NCBI GenBank assembly: GCA_964016885.1
Contig: OZ024742.1
Span: 130,634,001-130,698,000, forward strand
Direction of reading: 5' to 3'
Length of the DNA: 64,000 bases
Source: Eledone cirrhosa
Taxonomy: Eukaryota
In this document: one piece after another, positions 45,435-60,871 of the stretch
How positions within the stretch are numbered: position 1 is the first letter of the stretch
How the letters are laid out: each line of letters opens with the position of its first letter
Notes under the pieces: generated by a model
Told to the model about the DNA's origin: nothing
Database searches by the model: none
Seen by the model: only the letters and a program-made list of their open reading frames with translations
Position numbers and translations under genes: made by a program

Positions 45435-45843
45435 CCAGGGAGTGTAACTTGGAGTTACTGTAGGTTCACCAGGGTGAGCACTCGGTTTAGGTTCGCTTCC
45501 GTGTCGAGGTGTAGACAGAGTGTATTATAGTAAAATAAAATAAAACAAGGACGATTGGTTACTCCTTCATTACGTTTATTGGTTGATGACGCGCGTTTCG
45601 CCACTGATCAGCTCAAGGTTCGGTCTGTATCGATCTATCCCTACTCTGTAATGGTAATGGTCAAACCCCTTACGATGGTAATGGAAAAATGTAAGGGGTC
45701 CTACGAGCCGCGGATTACAGAGTACAGAGTCGGGCTAGATCGATACAGATCGAACCTTGAGCTGATCAGTGGCGAAACGCGCGTCATCAACCAATAAACG
45801 TAATGGAGGTGAAACCAATCGTCCTTGTTTTATTTTATCTTAC
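45434..45843 (-). mobile_element. Fold-back element with degenerate HHR (45583-45616 and 45757-45790)
   Basis: Arms ~45530-45650 and ~45722-45843; TTGAG-CTGATCA-GTGGC-GAAACGCGCGTC-ATCAA then AATAAA. Confidence 0.6.
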
Positions 45844-45875
45844 TCTCTCTCTCTATTGCTCTCCCTCGCTCCCCC

Positions 45876-45907
<32 letters not shown>

Positions 45908-46119
45908 TATTTTTGACGATTGAAGACAGATATAAATATCTGTCTTCAAGAAACCACTGGTAAATGAAATAATTATCTTATGTTGTTTATTACGTAACTA
46001 ATAAGCTCTGTAGCCTACATAGAGCACTCTTTTTTCCTGTACCCTTCCGACGGAAATACATCATTTAAACAGCTCAAACCGGAAATTATCGAAGCATATT
46101 CTATATTACACACACACAC

Positions 46120-46228
<109 letters not shown>

Positions 46229-46410
46229 GTTTCAACCCGGAATAACTTACCTATATATATATACTATGGTATCATATGAGGAAGAAGCATTATTGGAATT
46301 ATCAATGATTGAAGAACTGCCATAGACTTCAGGGGAGTTAGAATTCTTCAAGTCTAAGATAAATGGAACAAGATATAATAAATACTGTTTCCAAAGCCGT
46401 CTACCTTGTT

Positions 46411-46539
<129 letters not shown>

Positions 46540-46669
46540 GAATAAAGGATCGGAGGCCATATTCTGTTGATTCAGGTTTATTTAATTTCTGAGAACTATC
46601 AGTTATGATAGACTGAACTCTTCAGACGGCAAAAACCTATAAAAACATCGAAAGTTCGTAATATATATA

Positions 46670-46717
<48 letters not shown>

Positions 46718-46721
46718 TTTA

Positions 46722-47459
<738 letters not shown>

Positions 47460-47725
47460 TATATATATATAAACACAGGAATAGTAACCTTCACTTAATC
47501 GAAACAAATAAGCACAGGAATAGTAACTTTCACTTAATTGTTACGAAACAAATTTAGAATTTATCCGGGTATCACGGCCATTGCCAATATAGGTTTGTTA
47601 TTTTTATTGATTTATTATTTTAAATATTATGTTAAATTTGTATTTTTCAACCTAGCTAACTTGGTCATTTGCAATTCGAACACATGTATAATTGTATAGG
47701 TGTTAATCCCTCATATATTCATTTG

Positions 47726-47762
<37 letters not shown>

Positions 47763-48049
47763 ATATTTATAAACTATAAAGCATGTCCATAGAATCATTT
47801 GATACATCATTTCCTCTCCCAATTAGCATAATTAACCACACAAAAAATCAATTAGACCAGGCTATAAGATTAAAAGGCACCCATGAAGAAACAGTAAATA
47901 AATAAACGATAGCAATCTCTTCGCGGCCAACCGCTATAGAATATTTACCCAACATTTCAACAGCACGTGGAAATCAATTAAATATACGGTCAACCATACA
48001 CAATTAGGTATAAAATTAAAGTTAGAAATGCTTATATACATACCAGTAT

Positions 48050-48119
<70 letters not shown>

Positions 48120-48724
48120 GAGCTTAATTCGATTTGTGCAGTTTTTGCAATTATTGCATTAATTTTATACTTACTGAATTCATCTGCCAAATTTTGTGGT
48201 TTTCTCCCTTGCAGAGTTACACACGTGGTTTTCTTTACTACTACATACTACTGCATGCTAGCGTAGAACAAAATACCTGTTGACGAAGTGACAGCCATGT
48301 TCGATCATTATACCAAAAGCTTATTATTTGAGCAGGTAGTATAATTGATTTAGGTGTCGCAGAAACCCTTTACTGGATTATACCATCTTTTCCAGGGGTC
48401 CTGGTAAATATTCAATTATTTTGTTTGACCTGTTTGGCTTGCCTCGTCTTTATGGCTTAGGTGGTTGATGGCTTCTTGACCGCCATTTTAGTTTGTTTGG
48501 CCTTTAGAACCTATGGTTATTGTTCTGGTCTTTATTTGGTCCATGGAGCGCTTGCCAGCATAAGTCGGATATTGCGTTTCGCTATGTTTTCGAAAACAGC
48601 CGAAATTCGATCTCGCTGAAATTATAAGAGATGTCAACATGAATGGACCTATTAGTTTTATCTAAAGCCATTTTTTCCAATTCCATGCCGCCCGTCCCCT
48701 TAATATATTTTATTTCTCATTCTT

Positions 48725-48760
48725 TCTTCTGATGAAGGACTAGCGTCCGAAATGTTAAGA
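48725..48760 (+). ncRNA. Minimal hammerhead ribozyme
   Basis: TCTT-CTGATGA-AGGAC(TAGC)GTCC-GAAA-TG-TT-AAGA; probably CpG-decayed GAAACGTT; similar more decayed motif at 53498-53530. Confidence 0.65.
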
Positions 48761-49056
48761 CCCTCTTTCTGCTATATCAAGCGTTAACCTAATATATACC
48801 TTCCATATACTGTACCGATTGTGTTGTTATTTCTCTTTACCTTTTACATATATATATTTCTGAAGACAGCATATATATATGTGAAGGTATGTATATTTCC
48901 TCTGATAGTTTGTAATATTTTTAAATAGATCTATATGATATACATACCAACACACATATATATCCTAGAAACGATCGTAAAATGATGAATTTTTAATATA
49001 AGGAACTTGTTCTTTGTTTTTATTCATTGTTTTTATTAATTTATATATATATATAT

Positions 49057-49853
<797 letters not shown>

Positions 49854-50236
49854 ATATATATATTAGTCCAGAATTAGCCGTCGAAACGGCTTGAGCTCAG
49901 CTGTCGGGGTCTTACTGGTTCCTATATATATATATATATATATTAGAAAGTGAAGGTTTTTTTACAAAATAAAAAAAACGATGTGTCCTACACGAGTGAA
50001 AGTAAAAGGAAAAAGGATGAAATCGAAAATTCAACTGGAGTCTTTTTAAAAATATATATATATTTATTTGGTTCCTTTACCGGTTTCGCAGTTTTCCAAA
50101 AGTAGAATTGAGATGGAGGGTTTGTGGCTTTTCTCACATTATATATATATATATATTTTGACTAAAGAAATTAAAGAAATTATTTAGCCTGATAGTGGGG
50201 TTAAGAACCCTCGGAGAAATGGAAAAAGATGAGTAT

Positions 50237-50308
50237 TGACGTACATGGGAGTCGAACCCACATCTTTGGTTTTCCAGACCACTGTGCTACCATTTACATC
50301 AACACATC
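50237..50308 (-). tRNA. tRNA-like cloverleaf with GGA anticodon, repeat-derived; second copy at 50509-50580
   Basis: Consensus GATGTGC TG GTGT AAATGGTA GCAC A GTGGT CTGGAAA ACCAA AGAT GTGGG TTCGACT CCCAT GTACGTC A; each copy carries lesions. Confidence 0.5.
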
Positions 50309-50671
50309 ACCCGTCTTTTTTCATTAAAATTAGAATCTATAAACCTAGCGACTGTAATGTCAAGTAAGAATATTTTTCGAAACAGCGAGCGGGTTTGAAA
50401 TTATTATAAATGTAAGCTATCACCGTATTTTGACTAAAGAAATAAAAAAAATTATTTAGCCTGATAGCGGGGTGAAGAACCCTCGGATAAATGGAAAAAT
50501 ATGAGTATTGACGTACATGGGAGTCGAACATACATCTTTGGTTATCCAGACCACTGTGCTACAATTTACACCAGCACATCACCCGTCTGTTTCCATTCAA
50601 ATTAGAAGCTTAGAAGCTAAATTCTTTAGTCAAAATTTAGTCAACCCGCTCGCCATTTCGAAAAATATTCT

Positions 50672-50718
<47 letters not shown>

Positions 50719-50829
50719 GTATAAAAATTTCGTATTTCTAGAGAAATACGGTTTTAGGAAGCCGTAGCTATGCAAACACCGGGGGGCTAACGCCCTCTAG
50801 TGATGTCCAGCAGAAGCAAGGGAGACAAC

Positions 50830-50869
50830 CGTCTATGCATTTCAGGCTAAACTGGCCTTCGTCAGGACG
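50830..50869 (-). ncRNA. Intact minimal hammerhead ribozyme
   Basis: CGTC-CTGACGA-AGGC(CAGTTTA)GCCT-GAAA-TGCA-TA-GACG. Confidence 0.85.
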
Positions 50870-51065
50870 ATCCCTCCCACCGCTTGCGACTACTGAGACA
50901 GCTGAGAATATATACTTTTCTCCTCTGTGTAAATGAGGAGATTAATCTCATTTGCATATGAAGCTGCATAAGTTGGCTCAACTTATAATAGAAAAGAAAT
51001 AAGATTTCGCTTCAAGCATAGCTTCATACAATATGTACAGAAATTTCGTATTTCTAAAGAAATAC

Positions 51066-51129
<64 letters not shown>

Positions 51130-51133
<4 letters not shown>

Positions 51134-51506
51134 AAAGAATAGAGGTGTAACACACACGTTATTATATATTGGTAAACGGAATAGAAAATGCTGACAAATT
51201 GTTCACAGTTGAAAAATGGTTTAATTAGGAATAAAAGAGTATTAGTGATTGTATGGGTTAGTATTCAGTTGTGGTTTTAAGTTTTTAAGTTTTTACCGGT
51301 TGCGCATTTCTAAATGCTTTTCAAAAATAATTTTGAGATAGAGTGTCCGTGCTGTTTGCTCTGATCTTAAGAACTTAAAAACTTAAAAACTTAAAAACTT
51401 AAAACCACAACTGAATACTAACCCATACAATCACTAATACTCTTTTATTCCTAATTAAACCATTTTTCAACTGTGAACAATTTGTCAGCATTTTCTATTC
51501 CGTTTA

Positions 51507-51511
<5 letters not shown>
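51130..51511 (-). mobile_element. Fold-back element between (TA)n tracts
   Basis: Apparently identical inverted arms ~51165-51294 and ~51383-51511. Confidence 0.7.
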
Positions 51512-51551
<40 letters not shown>

Positions 51552-51758
51552 ATAAATTAACGGAGCCATAGACTCTCGCTATTCCCTGTCTATAATGTGC
51601 TCAAATATATATAGCAGAGAATCTATAATTTATAATAAACGAAGCCAAATTTGACATATTTGACTTATTTTATTTTACATTACTCTGGAGTAAACAAACC
51701 AACCTGCTAGTGTTCCAATCTGCATACTGAGGTGTCGGTAAAAAACCAACATATAACT

Positions 51759-51819
<61 letters not shown>

Positions 51820-52077
51820 GTAATTCCGTCGGAAGAGTCCAGGAAAAAAGAGTGCTCTATGTAGGTAACAGAGCTTAATAGTTATGTAACTATATATATA
51901 TATATATAAAGTACAATATGTTGAAAAGGTAACACACCAGAGAGAGATAGTGCGCCATCAATAAAAAAGGGTAAAACCACCAGTGTATGGAATCTATAAC
52001 CCATGAAAGGCAGGGTAGACACACGATAATTAAAAATATAAATTAAAGTGTAAATACATACCTCTATAACTATATAA

Positions 52078-52162
52078 CACACACGTACAAATCCAAAGAG
52101 ATCTGTTTCGCCAATAAGTTGTTGACGGAAATGAAATAGCCCATGGTTCATCAGCGTGTGTA
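52078..52162 (-). ncRNA. Hammerhead ribozyme, family E, second copy
   Basis: Same as 12310-12394 except two changes in the stem II loop region. Confidence 0.8.
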
Positions 52163-52355
52163 AGGCTATACATTTCAGACAACTCTAAGAGAATTTAAAG
52201 CGACTGTCCAGTTACACGTGGGAGAGAGAAGTCGCGGTGATGAACCATGGGCTATTTCATTTCTGTCAACAACTTACTGTCACCGAAATATATATAGCAG
52301 TAAATCTATAATTTATAATAAACGAAGCAAAATTTTACATATTTGACTTACTTAT

Positions 52356-52464
<109 letters not shown>

Positions 52465-52472
52465 CTTCTACA

Positions 52473-52513
52473 GGACTAGAACTGTTTCATTCGGGAGAAA
52501 TCATCAGCAATCC
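52473..52513 (-). ncRNA. Hammerhead ribozyme-like motif
   Basis: GGATTG-CTGATGA-TTTCTCCCGAAT-GAAA-CAGT-TC-TAGTCC; family pieces with fold-backs at 13295-13437 and 20280-20418. Confidence 0.6.
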
Positions 52514-52862
52514 CTATATATACATATATATAATCAAGACAACCGAATTTGCCTTTCATAGTTTCCATATCTGCATTCACACACACACACACACAGACAG
52601 ATACAGACACACACACACACACACACGCACACAGGCTCACACAGAGACATACCCCCCCACACAAACAACTAAACCCACCTGCACTCTCACACATACATAC
52701 GCTTATACATGTATAGACACATACGTAAATGCATGCTTACATCATGCATACATTTATACAATTACACCCCCCCCACACACATATATATATACATATATAT
52801 ATATATATACAGAACTGCATGGTTATGTGTATATGTGTATGTCTGAAATTACACTATATATA

Positions 52863-52928
<66 letters not shown>

Positions 52929-53741
52929 TCATACATATTGTGCAATTTCAGATCGCCCACAAACATCTCTATTACCTCGTAATGGCTGATAAAATCCTGA
53001 GAATAAACTGCTTTAAACGACATTAAAGGAGATGGCAACACTTTATATAAAAATATTGTTTAAAAAAATCCATTTACCAGTTAATCTCACTTAATTCTAA
53101 TTTATAGCATGCTATAGAATCCGATAATTCGCGTATCCCCATAATTCACTTGCTGTGTCTATTATGTTGGTTATATCTGTATAAAGCAGACGTTGGCTAA
53201 ATCTGATTGAAACAGACTTTCTAATAGGATCGATAGAAGCCGAATGAAAGTGGAAAGTTTTGTATAGTTAAAAAGATTTATAAATGTTGTTAGAAAATTA
53301 TTCACTACCTCTAGATATGATCTGGGATAAGACTGACTAATTTCACTAAAGGAATAAATTCTCGTAACCAAGGAAACAGGGGCTGGTCTGAGTTTGTCAC
53401 TATTAATTCATTGGCGTATACTACACGAGGAGAATGTAATACGTTTTTGTTAACTTACAACCAAAGTGAGAACCCAAGTTTATGTCTCTTCTTCACATTC
53501 TGACCAAGGGCAAGTGCCCGAAATGTTAGATTCTCTAATCTTCACGGCAATTGAAGTTATCAATCTCTTCTAGGAACTCCTCAAACGTTACTAAGATTAC
53601 ATTATTTGTATATGTATATTTATTAAATATTTATTTATTTATTCAATTTAGACGTCCGTATAGAGCTAGTAATCCATGAAAGACTCTGGAAAGTATCGAG
53701 TACTCCTTACAGTTGGTAATCAAAAAGAGCTCATGAGACAA

Positions 53742-54020
53742 GTAAGAAAAAAGAAAAGAAAAAGGAAAAAAGAAAAAAGAAAAAAGAAAAAAGAAAAAAG
53801 AAAAAAGAAAAAAGAAAAAAGAAAAAAGAAAAAAGAAAAAAGAAAAAAGAAAAAAGAAAAAAGAAAAAAAGAAAAAAAGAGAAAAGAAAAAAGAAAAAAG
53901 AAAAAAGAAAAAAGAAAAAAGAAAAGAGAAAAAAGAAAAAAGACTAAAAATAAAAATAAAAATAAAAATAAAAATAAAAATAAAAATAAAAATAAAAATA
54001 AAAATAAAAATAAAAAGGAA
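53742..54020. repeat. A-rich tandem repeats: (GAAAAA/GAAAAAA)n then (AAAAAT)n
   Basis: Seen directly. Confidence 0.9.
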
Positions 54021-54282
54021 AAATAAATAAAATAACAAAAATAACATTTCAAATATTGAAGGTCAATGGGAGGCAGATTCTACCTAAGAAAAGGAAAAAG
54101 AAAACAAGAAACAAGGTAAGCTGTAAAACAGCTAGAGGTTTCTCTTGTTGAATTTTTCGTAGCTTCCATGTACTCAAAGATTATATATATATATACATAT
54201 ATATATATATGTATATATACCATGATATGATCTGGGATAAGACTGACTAAATAAATGGAAACTATATTTATAAAACCATATT

Positions 54283-54347
54283 TATTTTATTATATATATT
54301 TCAAGGGCAACCAAGCAAACCTTGGTGCGCTTTCATCAGATAAAATA
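54283..54347 (-). ncRNA. Hammerhead ribozyme, family B, within element ~54248-54490
   Basis: TATTTTAT-CTGATGA-AAGCGCACCAAG(GTTTG)CTTGGTTGCCCTT-GAAA-TATATA-TA-ATAAAATA. Confidence 0.8.
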
Positions 54348-55450
54348 CGAAGTTTGTTTTATAAATAAAGACGTACCACTGAAAATCATACCTTATCGGT
54401 CAGAAATTCACTGGATAGTGGAAAACATAGGGATTATTCAAAGTTATGTGTGAATATGCAAATAAATGTGTAAATAATTGAAAAAACAACCGTTTATTTA
54501 AATGACGCTGGGGAAAGGTAGGGAAGAAAGAGAGATATAAAAAATATATTAATATTATGAGATAGAGAGAAGAAATTTACAAGAGGATGAATAGAGCTCA
54601 TGTAACGTAAATAAGTTTTAAGTTTATATCTACTAATGTTACGTATATTTACTATTATTTTGTTGTTAGAATTATTTTCTAATATAATATAATATTTACT
54701 ATTATAAGTTGATAGAAAAAATAGATATATATAGAAAAATAAGTATATATAAAAAATTAGATAGAAAAATATATTGAAAAATTAATAGATAGAAAATAGA
54801 TAAATAGAAGAATCAATAGATAGAAAAATAGATAGATAGAAAAATAGATATATGAATGGAATAGATGGGTATATCTTGTTATAGATAATTGTTTTAATGA
54901 GTTATAAGGGATATTGGTTTATATTTAGTGTAAGTAATTAAGTTAACTGAGTTAAGAATATTTATATATTTTAAATGTTTTAAATTGGGAAGATACGGAA
55001 AAAACCCACCAGTTTTGTTTGTTTATTAGTTAGTATGAGACCATTTTGTCAAAGATATAAATATATTTAGCCTGAATTAGTTATTGGTTATAAATCTAAT
55101 AAAAGATATAAACAATTTTATTAAAAAATATTAAAAAATATTATAGAATTCTGGAAAATATTTTGGAAAATCTTTAAAAAAAACTTTTTGGAAAATATTT
55201 AAAAAACCTTTAAACATTTTCGGAAAATATAAAAAAAAATTAAAAAGATCTTAAAAAAATCTTTAAAAAAATCTTAAAAAAATCTTTAAAAAAATCTTTA
55301 AAAAAAAAAAAAAATTTTTTTAAATTATTAAAAATTATTTTATAAGAGATAAGTAGATTTAAAAAAAAAAAGTAATTAAAAAAAAAATATAAGTAATTTT
55401 TAGAATATATGAAATATTTTAGAAGTAAAAAATAAAGAATAACTTCAACT

Positions 55451-55767
55451 ACTATATATATAGAAAGAGAGAGTGTGTGATGTCAACACTTCCGGTGGCG
55501 ATCGCTTAAATAAACATACTAATTTTCTGTCACTAATTTTCTCCTAATGCAGTTTATATATAATATCGTCTTTTTTAAATGTATCATGGATTACGTTACA
55601 GATTACATAAGACAGTGTAACAACGTCTTCGTTCAATTTCTGTTTATATTGTCAATTACGATTTTATTTGATGTATCATATCTACATGTATATATACTTG
55701 CGTATAATATCAATATATACACTACACATGCTAGCAGAAAACCACCCGAAGGGTGGTTTTTCTGCTA

Positions 55768-55768
<1 letters not shown>
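55451..55768 (+). mobile_element. Non-autonomous Helitron-like element
   Basis: 3' hairpin ACCACCC-GAA-GGGTGGT 11 nt before the terminal CTAG|T; CTATATATATAGAAA-type start. Confidence 0.7.
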
Positions 55769-55815
<47 letters not shown>

Positions 55816-56411
55816 TATATGATTAAAGAAATATTTACATGTACGTCAATACTCATCTTTTTCCATTTCTCTGAGGGTTCTAAACCCCACTATCAGGCTA
55901 AAACTTTCTTTAGTCAAAAATATATATGTATGTATGTATGTATGTATTTATCATATATAGATAAAACATTTCAACTGTCATATTGAACTTTAATACTTGG
56001 TGAGATTTCTAATCAAACTAGAATTTTCATGGGTTAGCTTGTCTAAGATAATGTTTTAGTTACGTACAGTTCACATCAAAATGCAGGCTGAGCCATAATT
56101 AGCTTACTAACTTACTGTTAAGAAATATGAATAAAAAAGTAACATTGATGATACGAAACTTTATTTTAAAACTAACACAAGCAATTTATGCTACTTTATA
56201 TATTTACATCCAACGTTCAAAATGCTGTTTATTTGTAAGTATGCCAATATTGAAATCAGTAAGCTAATTTAGGCCCATCCTTTATATAACTTAGGACCAT
56301 TGGAGGATTAGTTAATCTAAACTATAATAAAGTAAGGAGTGCGGGACTGCGTCCAGAATATATTTTTTTATTCCGTTTGTAAAATAAGTTGGATTACTTT
56401 GAATAAATAAT

Positions 56412-56593
56412 TGTTTCTACTTTTGGCACAAGGCCAGCAATTACCCAGTACATTACTGGTACTTTATTTTATCGACCCCGTAAGGATGAAAGGCAAAGTT
56501 AACCTCGGCGGGATTTGAACTCAGAATGGCAAGGGCCGTAACTCTATGCGTCAAAGCATGGCGTCCAACCCTCTACCGATACTGCCAATTCAC
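56412..56593 (-). mobile_element. SINE family 1 with TSD
   Basis: TTGAATAAATAAT at 56399-56411 and 56594-56606. Confidence 0.85.
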
Positions 56594-56707
56594 TTGAATA
56601 AATAATGAATGAATATTACATAATTTATCTACTAAATTTCGTTATTCTTGATTAAATATAAATAATTTTGTTACTTATTTTAAGATTCACTTCTTTAAAA
56701 TGTTCAA

Positions 56708-56995
56708 ATGTCAACACTTCCGGTTAGCAATCGCTTAAATAATCATTCATATATTTCCGTAACTAATTTTCTCCTAATGCAGTTTATATATAATATATTT
56801 TTTTAATGTATCGTGGATTACGTTACTGATTACATAGGACAGTGTAACACAGTCTTCGTTCAATTTCTGTGTATATTGTCAATTACAATTTCATTTGATG
56901 TATCATATCTACATGTATATATACTTGCGTATAATATCAATATGCACACTACACATGCTAACAAAAAACCACCCGAAGGTTGGTTTTTCTGCTAG
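56708..56995 (+). mobile_element. Second Helitron-like copy
   Basis: Diverged direct repeat of 55480-55768 ending at the same CTAG|T. Confidence 0.7.
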
Positions 56996-59455
56996 TGTTA
57001 TTAATAAAGCTTACGAAACAGAAACCTGGCGTTGCTCGGGAAATAAAGCATTACGTTTGTGGTCAATTTGTTGAACAAGAATCACGGTAATTCTGCAAGA
57101 TGGGGCTAATAAATTACTAAGGTAACAATCATTCATTCTTTTTTTATTTGATCTCATTCTCTCACTCTGTGCCTTCTACCCCATTTCTCTCTATTCCCTT
57201 CCTACTTTGTCTTCTCCTTGGTATTTCAAACCCACCTGTATTGTCACGATTTCCTAATCATACCCACTTTTCATTTTCATATTCCACAATTCTTCAAGAA
57301 AACTAAAACACCATCATATTGTTTATATTATTTCTTACATAGATAACGGGATCATTATTTATTTTCCAATATTTATTCGCACTTCAATAACACATCCAAA
57401 CACACACACACATATACATACACCCCACACATAACCTATTGGATTAGATATTATTTTATTGCGCTAAAAACGTTAGTTACTCACAAAGGGATTGGCAGTA
57501 AATAAACGGAAAAGACTTAGGGATAGGGTTTTCCATTCTTACATGTATGAATTTATATGGAAAAATAAGCTGTGTCCCAATTATTTTGCACACATTTGTA
57601 TCCATTCTTATTATTTAGAGCGTTTAATTTTCTCCAAATAGTTTGCATATTTATGATTTTTTCTTAAATTAGACTTAAATTACAAGAAAATAATTCGTAG
57701 AAAATCATTCAGAATTTGGCGATAAATTATGGATCTTTGGATTTCATTTCCTTTCAGTTTCCTTCAGTTTGATTTTATTGTCAACCATTTCCGACTCCAT
57801 TATACAGGATTTGGCAAAAAACAAAAAGGAAACTAAAACAACAACAAAAACAACATTAACAAAAAACAAAGAACAAACAAACAAAACAAAAAATAATCAT
57901 ACTTTATTTAAATTCCCCAAGGTGAGGAATACCAACATTTCATCATTTTATACCGAACACAGTTTCTTGATCATTGGTTTGGATAAACTTCGAAAAATCT
58001 TTATCGGTTTTTATTTTTTGAAAAGATTCACTGTCAAATCAAAATTTCGCTTACAATGCGATTTTACTGTTGATTCATTCATTAAATCTCTTTTTGGAAC
58101 CAAAGTAACTATTCATCATTGAAAATACACTTTTATCAGCTGCAGAAATGCCTGGTTAACAAAAGAATTTACACCATAAATATAAAAAACATTATAATGA
58201 TTAGAATAAGTTTTTAAAGTATCTAAGGAAATATAGAAAACATTTTGTTAAAATTATAGGGGCGTCGTATTGACATACGACGTTTCTAGGACATTTTAAA
58301 ATCTGGCTGAGCCCATCTCCTCTACGGTAGATTTCTTCAAGAGAAGGAAAGTGGGTGAGATAATGAAAGTGAGAAAGAAATATAGAGGACGAATCTGTAC
58401 ATGACTGGTACTTTTTTATCGACTTCGAATGGATGAAAGGCAAAGTTGACCTCGGCGGGATTTGACTCAGAGAGCAGAGAGACGAAACGAACCGCATAAA
58501 TCATTCTACCCGACATTCTAACGACTCTGTCAATTCGCCGCTTTAAGAATGAATAAAACTAATTTTAAAAAATGCAAATAATATTTACAATTAAGCTTAC
58601 TAGATATCCATATATAATATCATACACAAATATTTACTGCCATTCAACAGAAATCTGATGAATTCCTTTGATAAATTTAAAAGCTCAACAGTTCTCTGCT
58701 TTATATAACGCACAAAAATATGGTAATTCAAGTACTTTAAAAATGTTATTATCTGTCTTTTTATAAAGAATTTTAATTAACTCTTATCTTTGTAAAAAAT
58801 TACTCATAAAATACTTTAACGGCAAACAAATAGAGGATTTCTCATATTACGCAAATAAAAAAAATTAACCTAATATTGGTATATATCAAATCACTTTTTA
58901 AAAATGTAAGTAAAATATATTATTGATAAAAATATTGTTTTTTAAATATTTCGTTTAAGACAGATTAAAAAAGCAATAAAATTTACAGAAATTTAATATT
59001 CCAAGCAGACTTTAAAAACTATATTGGCCATATGCGTGAAAATTTTGATACAGACAAATAAACAAAATAGATTCATAAAAAAAAGTGATGAAACTAGCCA
59101 GATCGATCAATGATTCAACGGCAGTATCTACTTTTTCCCTGCAAGGCAAAATATGAGTTTATTAAAACACACAATCACAATTTTACCTTACGTTCGTACT
59201 TATCACATCACTGTGTTGTGCTACTATTAATTGTTAAATTATGTCTTTTTACTGGCTTCTATCATTTGACTGCGGCCATGTAGTGGCACTGCTTTCAACT
59301 GTTTAAGTCGACAGTATCGATCACACTAATTATTTTAGTGTAAGTATAAGGTCACACAGGCACCCGCCCCACACACACAGACATACATATACCAGACAGA
59401 TACAAGCACATAGGCACACACAAATATACATATACACACATAAAGTCACAGACAT

Positions 59456-59529
<74 letters not shown>

Positions 59530-59837
59530 CCACAAACATAGACACTTACAGAGACAGGCACAGCACAGATTCACAGACACAGACACACAGGCAGAGACGC
59601 GCACACACACACATATATATATATATTCGCTGAAGTTTGTTGGTTAACCACTGGACAGAACTGGTCATTCCGTATAGTTAATCATAATGTATAGTAGGAA
59701 AAGCACTCTACATTATGCAACTCATCCATATTTGAATGTTTAATCTTAGTGGTGGTACGAGAACGGAGTTAATTATTATTGAGTAAAATGACAGGAGGCC
59801 GAAGTGGTGAAATTCTTTCAGAGATTTATTTCAGCAA

Positions 59838-59895
59838 ACACTATGTACATTTCAGTGACCAGGTTACGTAAGATCCCAGTGACATCATCAGGTGT
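59838..59895 (-). ncRNA. Hammerhead ribozyme, family F, within element ~59627-60032
   Basis: ACAC-CTGATGA-TGTCACTGGG...CCTGGTCACT-GAAA-TGTACA-TA-GTGT. Confidence 0.85.
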
Positions 59896-60030
59896 ATATT
59901 GCATAATAGTTCTATAATAAAGGAACAATGGTAAACACAATCCAAAAGGCTATAAGGAGAGAAAGCGAGAAAAAATGTTTTTGACTCGAAGGCGATCAAG
60001 AGGGCCAGTTGTTGATAATTTGGCTGATCG

Positions 60031-60130
<100 letters not shown>

Positions 60131-60362
60131 AATTTTAGTACAGCATTAACGAAGCTTTAGGCTGCGGCTAAGCTAACGAATGCAAATTCGGAATGTAGCT
60201 TTAGCACTCGATAGAGAATAATACCCCAGAGTAATAACAATACGTTTAGACAGCTTTGCAAATCAAATATAGCGATATATATATAGCTGCTAGTGTTATT
60301 GCATAGCTACGCCTTTCAAATATTTATTTATAAACATACCATATTTCTTTGGAAATACAAAA

Positions 60363-60448
<86 letters not shown>

Positions 60449-60613
60449 TAGATAGGTAAATATACACGGGTGTGTATGATTGTGTATGAAAGTACTTGTT
60501 CAATTAACACTTAGAATTTTATATTCTAACATACTATTTCATTATAATACCATTATAAATTTTAAAGGATTGTAAATAAAACGAGTAAATCAGACAAAGT
60601 TGGAATTCCTCTT

Positions 60614-60871
60614 ATGATGTCACTTTCAGCTTATATCTGGAGTCTAAAAGACAACCACTCCCAATATAGTTTACACTGGGAGATCCTAGCTAAGGCTAAA
60701 TCGTATAACGGAAATAAAAGAACATGCGATATTTGCGTCGCTGAAGCCCTGGAAATACACTACGCCAATGACCACATCTTAAACAAAACATCTGAGGCAA
60801 TTTCGGCTTGTAAACACAAATTGCATAAAACTTTCCTGTATTACAGCTCCACATTATACCCTAACGGATAA
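60614..60871 (+). mobile_element. PLE GIY-YIG endonuclease C-terminal fragment, second family
   Basis: LSAYIWSLKD...WEILAKAKSY...CDICVAE...ILNKTSE.IS.CKH. Confidence 0.7.

Noticed and set aside
53643-54052. Lys-rich and Phe-rich ORFs
   Set aside because: Products of A-rich tandem repeats
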